From Pseudobdellovibrionaceae bacterium (lineage in GTDB: Bacteria; Bdellovibrionota; Bdellovibrionia; Bdellovibrionales; JAMPXM01): a stretch of 64,000 nucleotides of DNA. A program made the position numbers and the translations under genes. Location of the stretch: NCBI GenBank assembly GCA_947462815.1, contig CANHQR010000004.1, positions 13,099 through 77,098 on the forward strand. Direction: 5' to 3'. The notes under the pieces were generated by a model. It searched no databases and was not told the DNA's origin. It was given only the letters and a program-made list of their open reading frames with translations. Of the stretch, positions 49,844 to 57,529 are shown piece by piece (the stretch's first letter is position 1; every line of letters starts with the position of its first letter).

Positions 49844-50866
49844 ATGATTCTGTTTCCATTTGCCGAATACTGGTGGTTCTACGTTGCCTTCACAATATTT
49901 GTTTTGGCCGTACTTGCCCTCGATCTTGGAGTCTTTCACAAGCAAGCTCATGAGGTTTCTTTTAAGGAAGCCAGCATTTGGACGGGAGTTTGGATCAGCC
50001 TCGCCCTCGTCTTCAACTACCTCTTCTATCTTTATGCCCATCATCGCTTTACGACCGACCAAGCCTATCTCGCGATTCCGGGATTTGATCCAGAGGCCCA
50101 AGCCAAAACCAGCGCGCTTGAGTTTCTCACGGGCTTTGTGGTCGAAAAGTCTCTCGCCGTAGACAACATTTTTGTTTTTGCCGTCGTATTTGCCTACTTC
50201 GGCATTCCGAAGATGTACCAACATCGCGTGCTATTCTGGGGAATCCTCGGCGCCCTGTTTTTCCGCGCCATATTCATCGCGATGGGTTCTTTGCTCATGC
50301 AGTACAAGGCCGTCGTGATATTCTTCGGAGCTTTGCTGATCATCACGGGTATCAAGATGTACTTCGCGGGAACAGAGCAAACAGATCTCAACAAGAACGT
50401 GTTGATCCGCTTGCTCAAGAAATTCTTTCGGATTCACCCGAAGGTCGAGGGCGACGCTTTCTTCATCAAGAAGGACGGTCTCACCTACGTGACGCCTCTC
50501 TTCGTTGCGCTGATCTTCCTGGAGCTCACTGACATCATCTTCGCTGTGGATTCCGTACCGGCGATTTTCGCACTGACCAAAGAACCAATGATTGTATTCA
50601 CGTCGAACATATTTGCCATTCTTGGCTTGCGCAGCATGTACTTCATGCTGGCAGGAGTGATGGATAAGTTCGTTTATATCAAGTACGGCCTGGCTTCGGT
50701 GCTGGTCTTCGTGGGACTCAAGATGGTCTATTTGAATGAAGCTTTCGGCGGAAAATTTCCGATCCAGTGGTCGCTCGGCATCATCGCGGCTCTCATTGGG
50801 GGATCGATTCTGGCATCGCTCATCATCGATTCGAAACGGTCCGCGAGTGGCGGGCCAACCTCGTAA
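49844..50866 (+). CDS. TerC/Alx family metal-homeostasis membrane protein
   Basis: 'LALDLG', 'EKSLAVDNIFVF', 'QHRVLFWGILGALFFR', 'DIIFAVDSVPAI', 'TSNIFAILGLRS'. Confidence 0.95.
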   Translation: MILFPFAEYWWFYVAFTIFVLAVLALDLGVFHKQAHEVSFKEASIWTGVWISLALVFNYLFYLYAHHRFTTDQAYLAIPGFDPEAQAKTSALEFLTGFVVEKSLAVDNIFVFAVVFAYFGIPKMYQHRVLFWGILGALFFRAIFIAMGSLLMQYKAVVIFFGALLIITGIKMYFAGTEQTDLNKNVLIRLLKKFFRIHPKVEGDAFFIKKDGLTYVTPLFVALIFLELTDIIFAVDSVPAIFALTKEPMIVFTSNIFAILGLRSMYFMLAGVMDKFVYIKYGLASVLVFVGLKMVYLNEAFGGKFPIQWSLGIIAALIGGSILASLIIDSKRSASGGPTS

Positions 50867-51015
50867 GTGCCTTGATGGCCTCGGCCCCCCGGAACATCAA
50901 CCGATGCGGGCCGAGAAATCCGTGACTCAACTTATACCCGAGTTAAAAGTCATGCTGGTGGATACGTCTCCTTGTTTGCAGAATTGAAACATGAGTTCGG
51001 CGCGACGAGGGCAAA

Positions 51016-51921
51016 CTAAGCTCGTCGCATCTTCGCAATAAGGCTCTCAATGATCTTATGCGGTGCGCGTCTTTGACGAGTGATCGCGTAAAATCGCTGC
51101 TCCACATTTGGGGCCTTGCCAAGCACAAGAAGCTCGTTGTTCTCGATATCGTTCTTCACACCCATTTCTGGAAGCGCCACAATCGCACTCGACCGCAATG
51201 CAAAGATTCGAAGCAAGGCGATGTCATCGATTTCTCCTACGACTTGCGCCGGGACTTTCAATCGCTCGAGATAGGCATCGAGTTCGGGCCTGGCCTCAAA
51301 GCTATGACCCGGTAGATATAACGGCATCGTAGAGAGTATGGCCCTGAGATCAGCAGACTTTCGACTCGCCCGTCCAAGCTGGGTCACAAAGATCACGGGC
51401 GAGGAGGTCAAGACGTGGGAGTAGAAGGAAATCTTTCCGTCGGACTTCACGTTATGTGAGGATAATACCACGTCGAGAGAGTGTTCTTTGAGTTGTCGAA
51501 TGAGGTTCTCTTGATCGCCCGTGACGACTTCGATCCGGACCGAATCATCACCCACAATGGGCTTAAGAAATTCATACTGTAAGTTACGCGACAGGCCCGA
51601 AATCGCACCAATACGGATCGTGCTGGCTTTAGGCGCCTCGCCTTGTGTCGCCCACTTGATGAGCTCTTGGCTGGTTTCGAAAATGGAATTGGCGAAATCA
51701 AGTACCCGTCGACCATCGCTCGTGAGTTGAGGCTGTCGCTTTTGACTTCTGTCGATAAGTGTCAATTCAAGGGCCTCTTCGAGCCTCTTAATTTGCGCTG
51801 TGACGGCCGACTGGGCGATGGAGAGTTCTTTGGCGGCTCCGGTGAAACTTCCCGTCCTGGCTAAGGTCCAAAAGATGAAGAGGTGATGGTGATTGAGTCT
51901 CTGCACATCTCTAATATACAT
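51016..51921 (-). CDS. LysR family regulator, NhaR-like
   Basis: 'RLNHHHLFIFW...GSFTGAAKEL.IAQSAVTAQIK.LE', 'EIDDIALL'; divergent from icd. Confidence 0.9.
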   Translation of the reverse strand: MYIRDVQRLNHHHLFIFWTLARTGSFTGAAKELSIAQSAVTAQIKRLEEALELTLIDRSQKRQPQLTSDGRRVLDFANSIFETSQELIKWATQGEAPKASTIRIGAISGLSRNLQYEFLKPIVGDDSVRIEVVTGDQENLIRQLKEHSLDVVLSSHNVKSDGKISFYSHVLTSSPVIFVTQLGRASRKSADLRAILSTMPLYLPGHSFEARPELDAYLERLKVPAQVVGEIDDIALLRIFALRSSAIVALPEMGVKNDIENNELLVLGKAPNVEQRFYAITRQRRAPHKIIESLIAKMRRA

Positions 51922-51957
51922 AAAATAGATCATTTCTGAACATTTTATCTATTTTAT
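51920..51957. promoter_or_regulatory. 11-bp inverted-repeat operator between LysR and icd
   Basis: ATAAAATAGAT-N16-ATCTATTTTAT with perfect arms. Confidence 0.65.
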
Positions 51958-52007
51958 TAAGATTTGGAGTTTGTCGAAGATGTCTTCACACAAAGGAGAC
52001 ATTTCGC

Positions 52008-53456
52008 ATGAAACCCAGAATTACAGTCGCTCACGGAGACGGGATCGGGCCGGAAATCATGTCCGCCACCCTCAATATCCTCGAAGCCGCTCACGCTGAC
52101 ATCACCTTTGACACGATTGAGATTGGTGAAAAGGTCTATCAACGAGGACTTTTGGCGGGTATTGAGGAGCAATCATGGGAGACTCTGCGCAAGAACAAAG
52201 TCTTTCTCAAGGCACCGATTACGACACCGCAAGGCGGGGGCTTCAAGAGCCTGAATGTCACCGTTCGAAAGTCTCTCGGGCTCTACGCCAACGTACGTCC
52301 ATGCGGCGCTTACAGTCCCTTCATTCGAACCAAACATCCACAGATGGATGTCGTGATTATCCGAGAGAACGAAGAAGACCTCTACGCTGGAATCGAACAC
52401 CGCCAAACCGATGAGGTTTACCAATGTTTGAAACTGATCACTCGACCGGGTTGCGAAAAGATCGTTCGCTATGCTTTCGAGTTCGCCAAGCGAAATAATC
52501 GCAAACGCGTCACCTGCTTCACCAAGGACAATATCATGAAGATGACCGATGGTCTCTTTCACAAGGTCTTTGATGAAATCGGCTCTGAGTATACATCAAT
52601 CGAAAAAGAGCATTGGATCGTCGATATCGGCGCAGCCAAACTCGCTGATACACCCGAAGCCTTCGACGTCGTGGTCATGCCGAATCTCTACGGTGATATT
52701 TTGAGCGACGTTGCCGCACAGATTGCCGGCTCCGTAGGCCTTGCTGGATCCGCGAATATCGGCGAGCAATGTTCGATGTTCGAGGCGATTCATGGATCCG
52801 CACCTCGTCGTGCCGGTCAAGACCTCGCCAACCCGAGCGGGCTGCTACTCGGAGCCGTGCAAATGTTGGTGCATCTCGGCCAGGGCAAGACCGCCGCTAA
52901 GATTCACAACGCTTGGCTGAAGACCATCGAAGACGGAATCCATACTTATGATGTCTTTCAAGAAGGCGTGAGTAAAAAGAAGGTGGGTACAAAGTCTTTC
53001 GCACTTGCCGTCTGCGAACGGTTAGGTGAGGAGCCCACAAGCCTACGGCCTGTCTCCTATTCAGAAAGCACACCACTCGAGTTGCATTACAAGCGTAGTG
53101 ACAACTTCAAACGCGCAAAGAAGGATCTGGTGGGCATCGATGTCTTCGTTCAAGAAGACAACAGAACTCCTGCGCACCTCGCGGAAAAACTGATTTCTGT
53201 CATACGCGATCTTCCGCTGGAGCTGCAGATGATCACCAATCGGGGCGTTAAGGTTTGGCCACAAGGCCTCAGCGAAACCTTCTGTACTGATCATTGGCGC
53301 TGCCGAATGATGTCTAAGGACGGCGGCCCAAGCGGTCCGGAGGTCAATTGGAGACTGATGAAGGCCTTGACCGATCGAGGAATCGACGTCATTAAGTGCG
53401 AGAACCTCTATCTCTTTGATGGTGAAAAGGGATACTCGCTTGGGCAAGGTCAGTAA
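52008..53456 (+). CDS. icd: NADP-dependent isocitrate dehydrogenase (long type with C-terminal extension)
   Basis: 'GDGIGPEI', 'KAPITTP', 'SLNVT.RK', 'RENEEDLY', 'KDNIMK', 'NLYGDILSD', 'EAIHGSAP'; C-terminal domain ending 'YSLGQGQ'. Confidence 0.95.
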   Translation: MKPRITVAHGDGIGPEIMSATLNILEAAHADITFDTIEIGEKVYQRGLLAGIEEQSWETLRKNKVFLKAPITTPQGGGFKSLNVTVRKSLGLYANVRPCGAYSPFIRTKHPQMDVVIIRENEEDLYAGIEHRQTDEVYQCLKLITRPGCEKIVRYAFEFAKRNNRKRVTCFTKDNIMKMTDGLFHKVFDEIGSEYTSIEKEHWIVDIGAAKLADTPEAFDVVVMPNLYGDILSDVAAQIAGSVGLAGSANIGEQCSMFEAIHGSAPRRAGQDLANPSGLLLGAVQMLVHLGQGKTAAKIHNAWLKTIEDGIHTYDVFQEGVSKKKVGTKSFALAVCERLGEEPTSLRPVSYSESTPLELHYKRSDNFKRAKKDLVGIDVFVQEDNRTPAHLAEKLISVIRDLPLELQMITNRGVKVWPQGLSETFCTDHWRCRMMSKDGGPSGPEVNWRLMKALTDRGIDVIKCENLYLFDGEKGYSLGQGQ

Positions 53457-54294
53457 CTTCTACGAAGGCCAAACCGTATTCTTTGCGACAAAGCATGGGA
53501 AAGAGGAGATCTTGGCTCCTCTTTTTCGTGGGGTCGGCCTTGCATGCAAAGCCATTCCCGTCGACACAGACGAGTTTGGTACCTTTTCCGGAGAAGTCGA
53601 GCGACGCGGAAGCGTTCGCGAGATCTTGCGAAACAAGATTCAAGCGGCAGCACGACTTCATCCGTCGGGTCGATTATTTCTCGCGAGTGAAGGAAGTTTT
53701 GGTCCGCATCCCTTGATTGGCTTCCTACCGACTGACCTCGAGTCCCTGCTTCTCTGGGACTGCGAGAGCCGCATCGAGATCTACGCCGAGTATCTTTGTC
53801 GTCGCCCCATTCATCGAGAAGTTCGGTTGACGGCAAGGGATGACTTTCGAGACTTCCTTCGTAGTATCGATTTTCCATCTCACGCCGTCATCGTTCATCC
53901 ACATGGAAAAATCCAGCCTATCTTCAAGGGTCTAAGAACCGAATTGGAAGTCGCCCAGGCCATGCTCGAGTGCTTTCTTCAATCCGAAGATGGAACCGTC
54001 ACTCTCCTCACAGATTTGCGCGCCGACCAAAACGAAACGAGGCGAAAGGCCATCGCTGAAGCCGGACGCGCGATGATCGAGAAACTTCAGTCCATTTGCC
54101 CGGAATGCTCAACGCCTGGCTTTGGTATAGTCAGTGGGGTGCCGGGGATGGTTTGCGAAGCGTGCGGAGAAGCCACTTCAATTCCTCGAGCCGTGCTCTA
54201 CGAATGTGTTCGCTGCGGATTTGTCCACGAACGTCCAAGGCCAGATGGCAAACAAGTCGTTCACGCAGAAGAATGCGAGCACTGCAATCCGTAA
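53440..54294 (+). CDS. DUF6671 family protein with C-terminal CxxC clusters
   Basis: 'ATKHGKE', 'DTD.FGTFSGE', 'ASEGSFGPHP', 'CPECSTPGF', two more CxxC and terminal 'CEHCNP'. The likely TTG start overlaps the icd 3' end. Confidence 0.8.
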   Translation: MGKVSNFYEGQTVFFATKHGKEEILAPLFRGVGLACKAIPVDTDEFGTFSGEVERRGSVREILRNKIQAAARLHPSGRLFLASEGSFGPHPLIGFLPTDLESLLLWDCESRIEIYAEYLCRRPIHREVRLTARDDFRDFLRSIDFPSHAVIVHPHGKIQPIFKGLRTELEVAQAMLECFLQSEDGTVTLLTDLRADQNETRRKAIAEAGRAMIEKLQSICPECSTPGFGIVSGVPGMVCEACGEATSIPRAVLYECVRCGFVHERPRPDGKQVVHAEECEHCNP

Positions 54295-54699
54295 TTCAGC
54301 TTCGGGCGCGATCACCAAGTCCACGTTGATGTGACACCGTCGGGTTCGGGCATTCTATGGCCAAGGCGCCAATACGCATATCCAATCTCCTCACACATAT
54401 GACCTGTGCTTGACGACTTTTGGCACCTTCAGAGTCAATCAAACGCTCGGACTGATGAATGCCGATGCAGTTTCCAAAGCACGTCGTTGAACGAATTTCC
54501 GACGTGCAGATTGCCCCGTGTGGTAGACGAAGTGTCGCAATGCTGAGCCGGCCCTTCTCCAGTCGCGTGCGACAAAAATTGGCCTTGGACTTCAGCCCTC
54601 GCGTTCATGCGAGTCCGCCAGGAACACCTCATCTTGACTCAAATTCGATTGAGCCCCAATTCGCGAGCTCAAGAAAGATTCACGAAGTTTCGGAGAAGA

Positions 54700-54713
54700 G
54701 GCATGCGCATTGC
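54700..54713 (+). promoter_or_regulatory. sigma-54 (-24/-12) promoter
   Basis: GGCAtgcgcaTTGC: exact GG-N10-GC spacing with GGCA and TTGC cores, upstream of secreted-protein genes. Confidence 0.55.
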
Positions 54714-54887
54714 CTCCTTAATGACCTTAAGCTGAAGACCTCAAACTGATGAGCTCGACGCATGAATTGAGCCTGGCGTTGAGGCTGGCGTTGCCGCCGG
54801 TGTCGAAGCTTTCGACAGCGGGGCGAGCCCAAGAGAACCCGAGAGATTTGGCCTCGTATGAGGGAATTTAAACACGGAGTCGAAAAT

Positions 54888-55328
54888 ATGAAAGATCAAC
54901 TGAAAGCCGAAATTATGAAGCCCTTGATTTCGACTTCGCTGAAAGCTCTGGCGGTCCTTTCGATGTTGGGAGGTCAGCTGGCCTCTGCCGAAGTGCTGCA
55001 GCTCCAATGCACTTTGCCCAACAACAGCCAATCGACACTCACGCTGGATATTCCTGTGGATTCTAACTCCGTGGAACCTACGACAAGCGTACCGGTCACC
55101 GGTGTTCTGAACGATCTGGATTTAAGAACTTCGAGTGGTCGGCAACTTCCTCGAATGATCTCCTTGAAGGGAGAGATTTTGATGTCAGCCAAGGGACCGG
55201 CTTTTGATCTCATCGAAGCGGTCGCAAGTTCGACCTCGCCTCTTCGCTTGAATGTCGTGGGCCCTGCGACAGATCTTCCGTCTGAGCTCATTGTCGACTC
55301 TGAGACTTTGCCCATCGTATGCCGATAA
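54888..55328 (+). CDS. secreted hypothetical protein
   Basis: RBS ggag; signal peptide (ASA-E); one N-terminal and one C-terminal Cys (LQC...IVCR). Confidence 0.7.
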   Translation: MKDQLKAEIMKPLISTSLKALAVLSMLGGQLASAEVLQLQCTLPNNSQSTLTLDIPVDSNSVEPTTSVPVTGVLNDLDLRTSSGRQLPRMISLKGEILMSAKGPAFDLIEAVASSTSPLRLNVVGPATDLPSELIVDSETLPIVCR

Positions 55329-55978
55329 AACGATTCGCGCTCGAGGCGACCTCACCCTCAGCCTTGCGGTCGCTGGATCGCTGGGTTTTGGCTGTGTTTC
55401 TCGTCGGATTCGGACGCTTACAAAAATCCGAAGCGTCGACGAGCGGATCGCCTCGTGCGGCGAATTCAAGTCTTACCTCGGGCGTTATTTACGATGACCA
55501 AATCGTCTTTCAAAATCCACTGTTGAGTCTTTCGCCCGCCTGTGAGGTTGAGGTGAAGTTCTATCGTGTCAGCCGCCCCATCGCTCCCGCCGTGAATCAC
55601 ATCTTTGTCGGTGTGCACATCGCTGTGTCACAAAGTCCAGCCAGCGAAGGGCAAGACACCACCGCTCCTTGCCGCGAGCACGGACTGGACGACCTGAAGA
55701 TCTACGGAGCGACGAAGGGCGAATCGGATTTAACCTACTTTCGCCAGCTCATTGAAAGCTCCGACTCCACTCGGTTGATGTATGTCGGACGGGCGCATCG
55801 ATCTGTGGCTTCAGGTCTTCTCGATGAAGCCGTTCGCATCAGCCAGGTTTGGCAACAGAGCTTGCAGAGTACGCCCTACTTTGTTTCACGCATGGTGGCG
55901 ACGCCTCTCATGGGTCGAATTTGTGCGAAGTCAGCAACTGAAGTTCTCACCGCACTGGAACCGCATTTAAGGCGCTGA
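55319..55978 (+). CDS. hypothetical exported protein
   Basis: Overlaps the upstream stop; hydrophobic N-terminal segment; 'VNHIFV' and a late Cys. Confidence 0.6.
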   Translation: MPIKRFALEATSPSALRSLDRWVLAVFLVGFGRLQKSEASTSGSPRAANSSLTSGVIYDDQIVFQNPLLSLSPACEVEVKFYRVSRPIAPAVNHIFVGVHIAVSQSPASEGQDTTAPCREHGLDDLKIYGATKGESDLTYFRQLIESSDSTRLMYVGRAHRSVASGLLDEAVRISQVWQQSLQSTPYFVSRMVATPLMGRICAKSATEVLTALEPHLRR

Positions 55979-56089
55979 GCGCCAGGCTTCACCAATTCGG
56001 ACGTCACCTAACTCGACCTCGGTCTGAGGCGAGTACCACTTTCACAGGCTCTGCTATTGAGTCCCTGTAGACCGAGTTAACATGAGAAA

Positions 56090-57424
56090 GTGCAGAACAT
56101 CCGTTGGCTCATTCCATTCTTTCAAGCTGGGTCATGGACCCTTGATGCTCAGTCCAACGACGCCTATCGCGCATTCATCCTTAGCGTCTTCTGGAGCATC
56201 ATTTGCGGCCTGAGCTTCGGCCTGATGTTCACTTCCACATCCGCCGCGAGTACCACTTGCGAAGCCGTCGACCTTCGAGGTCCCGCTCTCGGAGCCACCC
56301 GCGATCAAGGCGCTGTGGGCTGGTGCTACGCTTTTTCAGCGGCGGATCTGCTGAGTTATCACACGGGCGAGCGCGTCTCGGCGGGCGCCCTCGCGGTGAA
56401 TTATGAGGGTCACACGCCACGAACTGGCGGCTACGCGCAAGAAGTCCTCGATCAAGCTCAGCGAAACGGCTTTTGTCGCCTCGAACAATTCAACGTCGAG
56501 GGAAGAGCCACCGACACGGGCTTCTTCACCACAGAGAGAATGTTGCACATTCTGTCTCGCGAAATCGGCAACGACTTAGAATCCCATGCGAAGCCCATTC
56601 TCGAACAGGTGCGACTGCGAGAGCGCATCGCACAAATCGAAGTTGAGGATCAACAACTCCAAGAGCGCGAGCGAACTCAATACTTTTGGCAAAGGTGGTT
56701 GGATTTGGATACGGCGCCGACGCGGGAGCGCATTCGTTCGCAGATGGCGGACTATACACGCCGTCTGCGCGAGCTCGAGGAGCTGCGCTGTCAGAACCGA
56801 TTGCTGGGTCAGCCCGATCTCCAGGGCATCACTCCTCTTCTCAGTCTCCTCGATCGCATGGAAATTTCGTCGGAGTATATTCGTCGAGAGGCTCTCTCGA
56901 GGAACTCGGAGCTGAGTCTCCCTTATCTCGTGGCTCAACGTGTTTGTCGCCCCTTGCGACCCGTGCAGCCTCCAGCTCGAGTCGTGACCACTCGCAAGGG
57001 CGTTCGACGACCTGTCGTTCCAACACCCCGACCTCGGGCGACACCCGAATCTCATACGCCAACGCTCATCACAACCGGTGCAACACCTGCTCGGCGATCG
57101 ACACCCCAACTGCCGGCTTCATCGGGCGACCACCTGGATCAAACACTCTCCGCAGGGAGACCTTTGGTCATCAAATACGATGTGAATGCCATTTTGAGCG
57201 AGGGCTCGCCCCGCTACCAAAGCCCGCATTCTTCGACGATCGTGGGCCGACGAATGAATGCTGAGACAGGACGATGCGAATACTTGGTCCGCAACAGCTG
57301 GGGCGAGCAGTGTGAGGTCCAAGGCCGGCCCCGTTATCGCTACGAATGCGAACAGGGAAACATCTGGGTCCCCCGCGACACCGTGATGAACATGCACACG
57401 GAGTTTATTTCTCTAGATCCCTGA
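56090..57424 (+). CDS. papain-like (C1) cysteine peptidase, secreted
   Basis: 'RDQGAVGWCYAFS' (oxyanion Gln, catalytic Cys), 'PHSSTIVGR' (His), 'VRNSWG' (Asn). Confidence 0.88.
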   Translation: MQNIRWLIPFFQAGSWTLDAQSNDAYRAFILSVFWSIICGLSFGLMFTSTSAASTTCEAVDLRGPALGATRDQGAVGWCYAFSAADLLSYHTGERVSAGALAVNYEGHTPRTGGYAQEVLDQAQRNGFCRLEQFNVEGRATDTGFFTTERMLHILSREIGNDLESHAKPILEQVRLRERIAQIEVEDQQLQERERTQYFWQRWLDLDTAPTRERIRSQMADYTRRLRELEELRCQNRLLGQPDLQGITPLLSLLDRMEISSEYIRREALSRNSELSLPYLVAQRVCRPLRPVQPPARVVTTRKGVRRPVVPTPRPRATPESHTPTLITTGATPARRSTPQLPASSGDHLDQTLSAGRPLVIKYDVNAILSEGSPRYQSPHSSTIVGRRMNAETGRCEYLVRNSWGEQCEVQGRPRYRYECEQGNIWVPRDTVMNMHTEFISLDP

Positions 57425-57529
57425 TCCACGCCGAGATGAGTTCATCACGATCAGAACCAAAGAATCTGATTGGCCACGCGTTCATCAAAGGGAATGATTC
57501 ATTCAACTTGAGAGCTTGATCCCAATTTC

